From Camelus ferus (Eukaryota), in the NCBI RefSeq assembly GCF_009834535.1, contig NC_045697.1:43588001-43652000 (forward strand): DNA of 64,000 nucleotides, given 5' to 3'. Under the pieces are notes generated by a model. The model did not search any database, had not been told where the DNA came from, and saw nothing but the letters and a program-made list of their open reading frames with translations. This document shows positions 12,363-25,684 of this stretch, one piece after another (position 1 is the first letter of the stretch; every line of letters begins with the position of its first letter). Both the position numbers and the translations under genes were made by a program.

Positions 12363-14583
12363 AAAGCATTTGAAAGACTTCTCACCAGCCACAGGATGAT
12401 TGCCCAAATCCAATGTCTTATTTATGCCCCAAGCAGATTTCATTAGGTTGCAAAATTATTCCATTCTAAATGATTCCGTATGCATTCTGGTAGTTACAGT
12501 GTGCCTCACACAACATCTTGCACTTAACGGTCTTCAGCAGATGGTCAAATCACCAGAATGTTGAACACACGTAAAAAGGTGAGGTTTGGTCATTTCTTTC
12601 AGGATAACAGGATAACAGACCAACCTACAACCTACAATATGACCTAAAATTTGGTCATATCAACACATGTATGACAGTTGAGATCTCCAAACCCCTGTTA
12701 TGCACCCATGAAATTAGGCTGATTATCTGTTCTTTCTTCATGGCCAAACACAACTTTATATTATTTTTAAATCATTTTCCCTGTTGACAACTTAGAGTCA
12801 CAAGTTCATGTTCCATCTCTAAACCAGATTCAGTGCCCACCAACTGGCTCAGGAAGGCTTTTTTAAAGCTTGCCTTCAGTTTTCAGTTACAACCTACTAC
12901 ACATACATATGCCACACCTTACAGATTCTCTTTGAATTATATTTTAATATGAGTTTATAAAAATGAAGAACAAAGCCTCTTAGATAAAATGCAAAGGTCC
13001 TACCACCATAATAAAAAATTGTGAGCCCTCTTTATAGGGAAAAGTCCTTCTTCGTTGCCCCTCTTTTGATAGTAAAACACCATCACGTGTTATACTTGAT
13101 AATAACTTAATTTTCCTTTTTAGCACTTGGCACAATTCATAATCATACATTTCTATTGAATTATTTGCTGAATATCATTCTCCTTCTCTCTACAATTACT
13201 ATCTCCATAAAGGAGGAAATGTATCTATTCTGTACCACTATGTGCTTAGCACAAATACTCAATAAATTCTTCTTGAATGAATAAACAAATGAGAGCATCA
13301 CAAATCTAAATCAATTTCCTAAATACGGTTACTGTAAAACAGGTGCAATTATTTATCAGGACACAATCTATGTGCTGATAAACAGTGGGAGGGACACAGA
13401 ATAGTTCCAGAGTCCAGTGCAATCCACGCTGGGAGAAAAGTCTTACTCAGAGAGCCTCAGATCTGTATAGTCATTGGTATCCAACACATACCCATTTCCA
13501 GCACACACTCTCCTCTGCTTTATGAAGAGGCTGACTAGAAGGTCTGGATCTACTCCTGTCCCAGCTAGAGTTCTCCCTAAACTCTCTTGGCCATGGATGG
13601 ATCAAACTTAACCTGGTCTCCAACCCTACACAGGGCTCTTGGCCAATTAACATCTTTTTAACCAACCTCTCTTTCCTGCCCTGGTGATTTCAGTCAGATT
13701 TCCCACATTTTTTATCAACTGTTAAACCTGGCTCCAGCTTGCCTCCAGGCTGAAAGAATAACATTTACACAGAAATATTTATATTGCATATGGAGTCTGC
13801 CCACAATAAAGGGAACTGAACAATGCTGTGCTGTGCTGTATCTGCTGGGGATATTTAGTTTGAGGCAACAAAAATTAACTCTGGGTGAGAACCTAAAAAG
13901 CAATGTATTAGAAGGACTTGTGGTAACTCAGAATCAAAAGACAAAGTGTAGTGTCAGTCTTCAAGGAGGAAATAGGACAGTTTTGAAGATCTGCAAACAA
14001 GAAATAATGAACAGATCCCCAGCAAGATGCCTCCCTCAAAGCGAACCAGTTCAGTCCATATTCAGTCCTGTGAACGTTCCAATTTCAGAGAGAGCATCTG
14101 ATTGGCCTAGAGTGGGTCATGTGACCAACCCTTGACCGGAGGTGGGCACCTTGATTAACAGGCCACCAAGAACCCGTTCATGATTACTTCTGAATACTTC
14201 TGCTACTCAAAGAAAAGGAAATAAGTGATGTCAGGTGTCCATTGGAACCTGTAAACCTAGGGTAGTTTCCATTAGGTGCTGAAGTGTGCCTTGTACCCTT
14301 GAGCAAAGTGAAGCATCGGCAGAGCATTCTTTAAAATGCGTCTCCACAGTGATGGGCCTGAGCCCCACCCCTGGAAGTTTTTCTCTCAGAACATTCTGGT
14401 TAACGATAAGTAAGTCATGATGTCAGAAGGAAAATGGGAATTAAAATGGCCATTACCCAAATATCTGAAGTTAGACCCAAGTGCCCTGTTGAAGCGAATC
14501 ACGTTATCCCTTCATGCCTTTGCTGAGTGGCTGTACTGGTTTTCACTGCTATTTTCCTCTAGAAAGATCTCCCTTCTCCCCCA

Positions 14584-14617
14584 GCGCATGCACGCATGCG
14601 CGCGCGTGCACGCACAC
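14584..14617. repeat. 34-nt perfectly alternating purine-pyrimidine tract (Z-DNA-prone)
   Basis: gcgcatgcacgcatgcgcgcgcgtgcacgcacac. Confidence 0.8.
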
Positions 14618-17600
14618 CCAGCCGTCTCTACTAGGCACTGTCTTTTCTTGCTCAAAATAGTAGTAGAAAGAGCTGCAGTCTAAACATCTAAGTCTCTTCT
14701 TTTATATCTGAAACAGACTATTTCGCATGGCTCTATTAAGGGGGCATATACAAAGGTGCTTACATGCATGGAAAAAGGAGTATTTTTATTGCTGATAAAG
14801 TATTATCTCTGAACAATTTTCCCCCTTTCAGAGCTTTTCTCCCTCTCTCCACTTCCCCTCCCTCAAGTCCGGCAGCCTGATTATTAACAGGGTTTTCTGT
14901 GGAGGTGTTTTTGGTTTGTCTGGGGTTTTTTTTTAATGATAGAACAAAAGAGCCTGATAACCCAAATCCCGAGAGGAAGTTACAGACTGAAAATAGTTTA
15001 ATATTTTAATATTAATATTATAATCTAACACTAAGAGGCAGGGGACATGGGCCACGTCCTCAGGAAGGCCTGCAGCACCCTGCTTGGCTGCAACAGCACA
15101 CTGGACATAATCTAGCACAATACATAGCACATGGCATTCCTAGTAACTGTGTCTCTCTGTCTCCCAGACTAGGCCATAGCACCCACTGCCCTAGTGTCCA
15201 CAGGAATGCAGTCCACCAGCCCTTCCTGATCTGTCTGGTTTCGCTGCTTACTCAATTCAGCCTATCTTTCTTTGCTTCACAGGCCTCGGTCCCCACTGCG
15301 CACAGAAGACCTCCACGGCTTCCCTTTGGTCACCACAACCATGCAAGTCATCCTGGGTCCTCCTCAACCTCCCTCCAAGGCTTCTCTAAGTCCCTAGTTG
15401 GCTCCAGGTCGATTCAGCGCCCCTGCCGGTAACTGGTCTGTGCAATTTCACGCATGCGTGGTCGGGAGCAGTGGGAGGAGTCTGTCTACACTCACCACCC
15501 CGCCCTGTCTGCTCTTCTTCAGCTGCACCATGTTAGCATGGGGGCTGGTGCAGAAGGACTTCTTTCAAGGCTTGCTGCCTTCAGGCTTCACCTGGGAAAT
15601 CAAAGGCAGGTCCTCTCTGCCCGGACATCCTCTAAAACGTGTTGAAAGTGTCTCTGCTTTCTCATCCTCCACCCCCACCACGCGGCTCAGGGTAGGAGGC
15701 CCCTTTCAGGCACTCACCAGCATTGAAGTCTCGCCCATATTCCCTCTGAAGCGTGGCTTTCCGCTGGTCACTTAGACTTTAATGCCTGTCTGATGGGGAC
15801 TCCTCCCACACCATTGCACATTCTTCTCCAGACTACAGTTAGAAAGTAAACTCAGCACTTAAAAGACTCCTTTGCGCTCTCAAAATTCTGACTCCCCCAA
15901 TAGGAATCCTGGTTTTCAATATAACAAAGAATTCTGCAGTGCATTTTGAAAAATCAAGTCAGAAGCTCAATTTTTACACTTTTAAGGGACAAAGCAACGA
16001 ATGCTACCAATAGGCAGAAGCCTATGGGATAACAAGAAAATTGTGGGAAAGAAAAGCATGGGTTATTATTCTGCAGTTTTATCTTGCCACGCTCATCTGT
16101 ATGAAGACTTGGAAATGAACAATGAAGGCATTTGATTGTGTTTCTCTAAAGTCAAATAATGAGTTAAACTAAGTCAGCAGAAGTCTTAGGAACTGTGTCT
16201 GGCATCATTGAACATCAGAGCTGCAAAGACCTGGAGAATTCATTTTTGTCTAACCCCCTTACTACAATGATGAGGCACTGAAGCTTTGGGAAGTGGGGAA
16301 CAGATGGAATCAAATGATTTGCCCAAGGACACAGAAACAGACAATCCTTTTTTATTGTTAGCTACGGTCTAGTCCATGCTTGCTCTCTGGCAAGCACTCT
16401 GCTCTACTGTGTAGTCATTGTCTCATGTACTCCTCCCAGCACCCCTGAGAATGGTGTAAATAACTGGGACTTACAAAGGTTAATTTACTTGCCCAATGTC
16501 ATATAGCTACTAAATGGAGGGCCAGTTTTCAAAGCCAGAGCCCAGGCTTCTAACCTGGACCTACTACGTGTCAGACACAAGGCCAAGAGCTGAGACTACA
16601 AAGGAAAATAAGGTATTATCCCCAGCCCTGATTTGCTGGACCTGCTAACAATACAGGCTGCTGTTAGTCGGCTACCATGGCCTGCAGTGATATTTCTGTC
16701 AAGTCAAGAACAAGGATTTCTCATTGGAAATCTACTCAATAGCAACTTCTCACTTGTAGGCAATGTCATTTTGTGCAAAGGTCACAGGACTTAGTGTCTA
16801 AAGACTCTGGTTCTAACTTTAACTCTCCTACCTACTCCTCAGTTATGAGTCTTGTGTTAGCCTGTGTTCCCCACCTGCAAAAGCAAAAATGTCCAGCCCA
16901 GTGAGTTCATAGGACTGTCGTGAATTGCAAAGAAGATCGTAGACTTGAAAGCCCTGAGCACAAAATGAAGAATTATTGTAAATACACATCTGAAGTCACA
17001 CTGCATAGTTTCCCACAAAGGTTTTCAAAACTCTTTATAAATAATTATGATGAGTTTGTGAAAATTTGGGAAAGTAAGGCATAACGTGGTTGACAGTGGG
17101 AAGGAAGAGAAGAGAAAGGAAACACATTAAGTTCCACAGCATCAGGTCTGGCTCATAAGTCGAGCAGTGGTTCCACCAGTGTTCAGTGTATTAGTATTCT
17201 TCTTAATTGTATATGTGGTACAGACATTCTTTTTAAATATTAACTATTGAATAATCAATGTTTGAATTTTTAACAAAGAAAGGAAGGCATTACTGGAAAA
17301 AAGCTATAAAGCAAGAAGTTAGAAATACGTGGACTCTCTTCAGGGGATCTTTTATGTTTGGGTTTCTTTTATGGAGGAAACTAAAGACCACATAGATTTT
17401 ATGGGTGGAGGGGGAATGAAAGCAACAACTCTAACTTAGCGATTTCTCTAAACTCGGATTCCATGAAGTTTCAGCCTTAGAACACGTCTTCCTCATTTGA
17501 ATGAAAAGAGACTGTTTCTTTTTCCAAGAAAGAACTCTCATCTTGTCTAGAGAGATAACACATTTGTCATAACTATCAATTTATTTGGAAGAACAACTGG

Positions 17601-18269
17601 GCTTTACATAGGCCATCTGGAGAAGACAAATGTTTCTTGTAAGCATGTGGGAAATTTCACTGACAACATATGCAGCTAAATGAACTGTCTTCAGCATTGC
17701 CAAAAGGACAAAATTCCATTACACACGAGGAAGGTATTTCAGCAATCACCTCAAAATAAATACACATCAATCTTTTAATTTAACTAAAACATATGTAAGC
17801 TGTAGCTATGTTTCTTTTCAATGAACTGACAACCAAATTACCACCTCTGCAGAGAGATGCATTGGGCTCAACCCCACAGGGACAGCTCTGAAATCACTGG
17901 TTCGGCTGCTCATGTTTAAAGAAATATGACTTCCTGCAATCTCCTTTGCTTTGCACACCTTCCACGCCTCTGATCACTGGCTGTGACATCACAGACGAGA
18001 GTTAGACAGAAAATCAGGTCTGGTCCTACCCCCACCACTAGTTCAAAGAGTGACCCCAAGTCCTATTGCCAGTCAGTTTTAGCTCAATCCCCCCTAAAAT
18101 GAAGAAGTAATTCTTTCCCTATTCACTTACATCTTAAGAGTTTTTTGTGAAAATTCTATTAACACCTCATGTCAGCATAATATTTTACAATTTAATAAGG
18201 GTTTCAAGTATATTATTTCATTCAGTCACAACAACTTTATGCCCATTTTATAGATAAGAAAATTGATAC

Positions 18270-20080
18270 TGTATTAGGGAAAAAGCAATGCTATAATAAG
18301 TAAACCCCCAAAGTCAGTATCTTGATACTTTCATTTTACATTCACATAAATTTGTAAATTTTTGTGAATTTTTTTACAAACTTGTAAATTTGTGGAAAGA
18401 GAAAAAAAAGTTTGTTGTACATTCACGTAAGGGTGTAAAGCAGGTGTTCCTGGTCATTGAGTAGCTTTCCAGCATGAGGTGATTGAAGAGCCCAGACTCC
18501 TTCTGTCTTGTGGCTCCACTGGGCCCTAGGACCTTAGATTCCTCTGCCTCCAGCTGACAGACAGACAAGGAGAGACTGGAGAAAGCACATCCACTTCTGA
18601 GCAACCTTTTCAAGGCAGTGGCCCAAAAGACTTCCATTCACATCTCATTGATGAGAACCAGTTAATGGCTCCACCGAGATGCAAGGGGGCACTGAGAAAT
18701 GCAGCTTCTGGCTCGGCAGCCACTTCTCAGTGACGATGCTGTGGAAGGGGGAGCTTAACTCTATGGCGAGTAGTTGATCATCTCTGCCATGACAGAGAGG
18801 TTATGTAACTACCTCAAGTCTACACAACTAGTAGGTAAGTGAATTACCTAGCTATTTCTGCATAGCACACTACCTCAAACTCAGTAACTTAAAGCAACAC
18901 ACATTAGCTTTCTCACAGTTACCCTGGGTAAGGAGTCTGGACATGGGTTGACTGGTCTCTGCTTCAGAGTCTTATGAGGCTACCGTCAAGGTATCAGCCT
19001 GGGCTCAGGGTGCATCTGGAGGCTCAACTAGGGAAGGACCCACCTTCCCACTTACATGGTTCTTAGCAGCATTTGGTTGCTTCCAGTTGTAGGATTCATG
19101 GCAGCTTCCATCTTCAAAGCCAGCAATGAAGAAAGACTCTTCAGCTAGCAAGACAGAGTGATATACAATGTATTGTAATCATGGGAGTTAGATCTCATCC
19201 CCTTTGCTACTGGTTAGAGGTAAGTCACAGGTCCACCTACTCAAGGGGAGGGGATTACACAAAATATGAATGCCAGGAGAGGGAACATGCAGGTCACCTT
19301 AAAGTTTGTCCATCAAAAAAGAAACTCAAACCCAGATTTTCTGACTACAAATCCATTGCTCCTTCCATTTAATTATTTGTCCAGCTTTGGATTCCATAGC
19401 TCTTATCTGTCATAATGTGGATAATATTTGCATATAACATCCCCAGTTGTTATGAGGAACAAATGAAATAGTGGATGTGAATGTGCTCTGTAAGCTATAA
19501 AATACTCTGTAAATTTATTGGGCATTTACTACTATTTTATCCCCTTGCCTGTGATGTTTCTTTACTCTTCTTGTTTGTCTAAATACTATTCTTTCATCAA
19601 GGACCATCTGAATGCTATTTACTCTTCCAGGAAACATGTATATCAGTTGGGATTAGGCTCAGTTTCATGTAACAAAAGAACAAAATGATGGCTTAAATAA
19701 CATTGAAAGCAGAGCTCATAAATATAGATGCACAGTCACTGGGGACCCAGATTCCTACCAGATCTTTGGTCTGCCTTGTCTAGAGTGTGGCTCTCATCCT
19801 CAAGGTCTAAGATGGCTACTAGAGCTCCAGCTATCACATCCCCAAAGTAGGCAGCTATAAAGAAATAGTATTTTTATAGATACTTCCCAGAAGTCCCACC
19901 CAACACTTGGATTGATGTCCTTTTAACAAGAACTTAGTCCCAGACCTATACCTGCTTACAACAGAGCCTCAGAGGTATAGTTTTCAATTCAGTATGCGGG
20001 TATCTTGAATAAAAGTAGGATTCTGTTACTAAGAAAAAAGAAGAGGATGAATTTGGGGACAATAAATAGTCTTTGCCATG
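18270..20080 (-). mobile_element. Cluster of MaLR LTRs (MLT1-like; ~18270-18790, ~18845-19310, ~19640-20080) interleaved with MIR pieces
   Basis: MLT1-like ends such as ttctgcatagcacactacctcaaactcagtaacttaaagcaac and tatcagttgggattaggctcag...aatgatggcttaaataa. Confidence 0.6.
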
Positions 20081-23000
20081 GATGCTTTGGAAACATCAAG
20101 TATACACATACATCTACCTAGAGGAAAGAAGATAAATAGGAATTTCAGTGCTGTGGAACCAGATTATAGAGAGCCTAGAATTCCTAGCTAAGAATTGATC
20201 TTCATTTGGTATCTAATAAGGGACCAGGACACAATGAAAGGGGTGTTTTAGGAAGCTGAATCTGATGGTGGCTTCAGATTTGGAGAAATTCCGTTCTAAG
20301 ACTGTTATAATCTAGCAACAAATTGAAAGGTCTGAACACTGCCTGAATGGTGATGACACAGAAGGAGAAAATAAGAGAGAGATTTTAAAAGAAGATTGCA
20401 ATTGTTCACAGAGGACAGGAGAGGCTAAAGAAGGTTCAGTGTCGCCCTCCACGCTGATGGGGAGACAAAGGTGAGACAGAAGAACCGAAGAACGTATAGT
20501 ATCAATAAAGTAGGAAAGCAATTAGAACTCTGTGGCAAACCCTAGAATTAGGGAAAACAAATGATGAGGAGTGGCCACAAATTCGGAAAGGACAGCAGTG
20601 AAATATTTATGAGAGAAATATCTTAAATGTGTACCAGTTGCAGCTTCATTTCTCAAACTGTGGGGCCTTACGTAGGCCCCCTCACCTCTGCGGACCTCAC
20701 TTTTCTTCATCTGAAAATGAGAATAATTCTTACATTTCAAGGTTAGAATCCCTGGTATACAGAGTAAACAGTAGCAAGGACATCTACTTTTGGAATTCAA
20801 AAGGGAATGAAAAAAGAGGCATACCTGGTAGGTGACCACCTGCCTGGCTGTGTGGCTCATACAGACCCACCTACCTGTTGAAGCAGCTGCAGGTCAAGTT
20901 CCTTCTTCTTCCAGGAAGTTACATGAGTCTAATGGCTTTAGTGGCAAATCCAACACTGGGGGACAAGAAAAAAGGAACACAATCTTCCTCAACTCTATTT
21001 GAACTCAGGAGTCTTCAATCACCAACCACTTCTACTGGCCACCAACAAATCTGCCAACATGGCGGGGCCGGCACCCAGCCCCTCCACCAGGAGCACTAGT
21101 AGCCAGCTTCAGGAGCCACGGCTCGAAAGCCTGACTCACCCACCGTGGCCTCCCAACCCCCAACACCACAAGAGACTGGGGACGTCTAGCCCAAGACCCG
21201 AGGAAGATCTGCAGGCAACCTTAACTCCTGCCCCAAGGCCACAAATAGGTGAGGTACCCAACAGGGAAAAATAACATTTGTTCCTGCCCAGTCAGGGGGC
21301 TGTCAGGAAAGGCTCTATTTCAGTGACCACTGAGTTAATGAATCATGAATATCACTGAGCTTTTGTTCAGAAAGGTGGGCTATAGACAGAGGACAGGTGA
21401 TGAAGCCACAAAATATTTGAACTATCACAGAAGATCCACTCTCTTCATTTCTACATAAATATAACATAATAGCAGAACAAAATCTCCTGAATTGGAATTT
21501 ACTAGGAGTAGAGAGAAAAAAGAAATTTAAAACCTGTGGCCATGTAGCAATTTCCCATTACTTAAAAAAAAAAAAAAAGTTGTTAATATGACATTATTTA
21601 CTTTCTGAGTAGAAGACGAAGTTGAACTTTTGACCTCAGACTTTGGCTTGTGTCAGTGAAACTGGATTTTCTTCTGATGATGTAAGCAACTATTGGAGGA
21701 GACCACTTTAGAAGGAAATGAGATCAGTAAGAGGAAATAAATGTTTCTTGCTCCAAAGTAAATCTCACTAGAAGTCACATAAACACTTGGAAACGCTACA
21801 CATAAAAAAAAAATTCTGATTTGGCATCACATCAGTGCTTACTATGCCTTTGTTACCTGAAGGATGTGTGCCACCAAGACACATGATTTTGATCCAAAAC
21901 TACCTCAACAATGTGTTTAAAATAGCAAAGCAACATAAACTGAGCGTAGGCAACCAAAGCCAGACTGAGTGTTGAAGGAGTCACACTATAAATAGAAGGG
22001 AAGAAAAGATCAAGAGAAAACAAGGTCAAAGAAAAAACCAAAATGCTTTTCTTTAATACGGACTGAGATTCCCGGAGTACAATGAGAAAACGGGTTACCT
22101 CTTACATGGCTTAACTGAAGGCTGTCATGGTTTACACGTTCTGAGATTCTCTATCAACTGCTCTCCTGCAAAGCAGCATTCTCTCCTAACAACAGGGGTT
22201 TCCTTACAGAAGAAAAGCGCTGATACCTGCCTTCTCGCGCCCCTCCTCACAGTGTAACCACAGCACTGCAGAAAGTTAACTCCCAGGGTTACTAAACCTC
22301 TTTGCAAGTTTGACTGTTAAATTATCCCTTTTGTATTCAGATGTCAGAGTGGTATGTTCCATGCCAAAATCTACTGCTCTGCAAGACTAGACAATCATTG
22401 TGTTTACTGCTGAATATGAGGGCCTCCCTCAGGCCACAGGGGTAGAATCAGGTAGAGATTAACAATGAGATTTATTCAGGGCTTCAAATGCTCTTTTTCT
22501 CCATCTCACTCCAAAAGGGGAGAGGAAGACTTCTGGAAATTCTTCCTCTAGTTCCTCTTGTGTTTGCAACAACTCTGCCCTGCCTCAGACTTCCTGGCTG
22601 TCCACCCCAACACTGACCTGAGATTTTGTGCTCTGCAGCTGCTCAAAGAAGCCATGCTTCCGTGGCCAAGGTGGTCTGGGGCAGCACCCCACACTGGCTT
22701 CTCTGCCTCAGACAGGACTTCTGCACCGGGCGGGAAGCTGCCAGGAGCTCCCAGGCACATTACCTATCTCAGCTAGACTCAGGTTTGATCTCACTAATAT
22801 TTAATTAGCTTATTAATAGTTGATGCTATCCAAAAAAGGGACTCTGAAGGAGACATTTAAATTCTATAAACATTCAACAAGTTTTGTTGTACTTATTTTG
22901 TACCTAAATCACTAAAATTAGGCTCTACTTAATTGAAGGGGAAATTCCTTAAAAATGCATACTCATCGCTCCAAGCCTGTGCTTTCATTTTTGTTCAGCA

Positions 23001-23629
23001 GAGCCTCAGGGTGTGTCACAGGGTTTCTTTCCCCAGAGTATCCATGGAGGCAAAGGAGACGGAGTGAACAGGGCTCAGGGCGATTGAAGCCCCATCCCAG
23101 AGCCAATAATAGTATTGTTTTGGAGTTCTAAGGATAATTTAATTTGAGGGGGACAAAAAGAATTCCTTAGCAAAAAAAGAGAAAAGCGCTTGTGTATGTA
23201 CACATATGCAGACTCATATGTACATATACTGTACATACATGTTTACAAAACCATTTGTTTTAGGGCTGTTTCATTTTCAACATACTATAGCTGTAAAAGA
23301 TTTACTCTAAATGCAAACTCTTCTAGCTTAGTGGAGGGGGAAGACTTTATGGATCTGGAAGTTCAAAGGGTTTTCTGGCTTCACGCATTGGAGTGAAGGG
23401 TATCAGACTAAATCATCAGGGTGGGTCTCTTTTTCTCTCTACTTTCCTCGGTGTTGTCTTCATTCTCACAAGGGACTTTCCATGTGGCAGCAAAGATGAT
23501 TCCTGGGATCTCTAGATCTGCGTTGTTCTTTCTGTGTGCAATCCCTGAAGAAATAAGAACTTACCCCTGAAGAAATAAGAACGCTGAAGAATGAGAACCC
23601 TGAGGAAGGCAGGGCAGTAGCAGAGGTTG

Positions 23630-23832
23630 GGGGAGTGGGGTATATAGCTCAGTGGTAGAGTGCATGCCTAGCATGCACGAGGTCCTGGGTTCAATCCCTT
23701 GTACTTCCATCAAAAAATAAGTAAATCTAATTACCTCCCCCAACCAAAAAAATAAGATAAAAATAAAAGTGATGCTGTTTAAAAAAGAAAATAAACTAGA
23801 AATTTAAAATACTTTCAATTAAAAAAAAAAAA
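23630..23832 (+). mobile_element. tRNA-derived camelid SINE (vic-1 type)
   Basis: tatagctcagtggtagagtgcatgcctagcatgcacgaggtcctgggttcaatccc followed by an A-rich tail. Confidence 0.92.
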
Positions 23833-23884
23833 CCTCTCTCTCTGTATCCCTTTTGCTCTTTCAAAAGACTCTGCCTGATACTCT

Positions 23885-24105
23885 TTTTTTAATTGAAGTA
23901 TAGTTGACTTACAATGTTGTGTTAGTTTCAAGTGTACAGCAAAGTGATTCAGTTATACATACATATATTCTTTATTAGGTTCTTTTCCATTGTAGATTAT
24001 TACAAGATATTTAATATAGCTCACTGTGCTATACAGTAAATCCTTGTTGTTTATCTATTTTACATATAATAGTATTTATCTGTTAATCCCAAACTCCTAA
24101 TTTAT
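23885..24105 (-). mobile_element. 5'-truncated L1 3' end
   Basis: Poly(T) followed by ttgaagtatagttgacttacaatgttgtg. Degenerate TSD ctgcctgatactct (23871..23884) / ctgcttgacactct (24106..24119). Confidence 0.88.
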
Positions 24106-24519
24106 CTGCTTGACACTCTGAGGTCATGTGTTCACCCTGGGAAGAAAGGAAGTCCTCTACCTGGCCAGACTCAGGAGGATGCGCCAACCTCTGTGGCAGA
24201 AGTTGCTCGTCCTATGTGATGACATGGCAACAACGGGAAAGAATATGTGTGAAAGTAAAAATAACTTACCCACTGCATCATAGTGATATCAGATCTCAGT
24301 TTATTTTGTAGTAATATCAAACCCCACTTTTCAAAAGAAAGCATAGTCCTGAAATATTTTAACATTCTTTGTTATTAAAGCCAAATTAGAATTCACTCAG
24401 GAAAGTGACCTAGTTATTTAAAGAGAATATATAGTCTTAAATATATAGACTTATCTGTGTATAATTTAAATAAGTATATAAGATTGAAAGTAAAGGTTGA
24501 AAAAAAGATACACTCTGTA

Positions 24520-24610
24520 CCCAGTACCTCCTCCAAAAATAAATAAATAAGTAAACCTAATTACCTCCCCACCAAAAATAAAAATGTTTAAAAAAATAAT
24601 CTGAAGTTGC
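24520..24610 (+). mobile_element. 5'-truncated vic-1-type SINE
   Basis: cccagtacctcc...aaataagtaaacctaattacctcccc. Perfect 17-bp TSD aaaagatacactctgta at 24503..24519 and 24611..24627. Confidence 0.88.
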
Positions 24611-25684
24611 AAAAGATACACTCTGTAACCACTGACCAAAACAAAAAGCCCACTAACTAAACCCCCCCCAAAAAGCAGGAAAGTCTCTTTCACTTCCTCT
24701 TTTTTCTCCTCTCTTTTTCCTGAACAATTCATCATAAAGCCATAGGTGGTAGAGTAATGTGGCCCCTACACTGGTAGTGGGAAGGCTGTGGTGTGGATCA
24801 GAGCAGGTGTCAAAGCCTTTGCAAGGTGCAGAGAATGTCCATGGATGTCCAGGGCATCCCAGCCGAAGCTGGAGGGGTGACAACCTGCTGAGCATGATGA
24901 GGAGGTCTGTGTTGGGGGGGAACAGCCTGGTGTAGGGAGCCAAGCCTAGAGGGGTTCAGGGCATCCATATGGGGAAGTGGCCCCACGTGTGCAGGGTGAA
25001 GAGAAGATTCGTGAAAGGGAGTGGTCCAGCACTAGCAGACTGGGTGGGGAGAGGATGGCATCCATGCAAAGGCAAAGGCAACTAGAGGTTGGTTACAAAT
25101 GAATCAATATGTCAAAGAGAGGGAGCCAGACTCCTCACTGCCTGAGAAGGGGCTTACAAATATAAAGAGAAAACTAAAATGAACCCTGCAGCGCTGGACT
25201 GGAAGTGGAGGCGTTGGTAGAGAAGTCATGGTTGTTAAGACAGATAAACAGTTATAGATGAGAACGATGATGATGATAGATGATAGAGAGATAGATGATA
25301 CATAGAAAAATAAATATAGATGAGTGTATGTGTGTGTGTGTGTTTTCATACATATATTCCGTAGCTCTGGCCACTGAGAAGTTCTGGTATTTCGTTATGG
25401 CAGCCCCAATCTAGTAACTAATACACCACCTGAAGCACCACAGTAAGCATCATCAGTCATGCTTCAAACCAAAAGCACGCACCACCTGACGGGAGGCCAT
25501 GAAATGAGCACAGCAGGCCCCTCCTGGTCATTCCTGCCGAAGATGAGGAACCTGGATCAAGTCATGACAAACCAGAGATCCATCCAAAATAAAGTATATA
25601 CTAAAGAATAACTGGCCTATAATTTTTCAAAATGGTCAAGGCCAGGAAAGTCAAGGAAGAATTAAGGAATGGTTGCAGATTTAC

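Noticed and set aside
23630..23710. tRNA-Ala-like genes (also at ~1848, 12190, 28847, 39070, 46685 and 52659)
   Set aside because: They are diverged, share a non-tRNA 3' region and A-rich tail, and several have TSDs, so they are SINE copies rather than tRNA genes.
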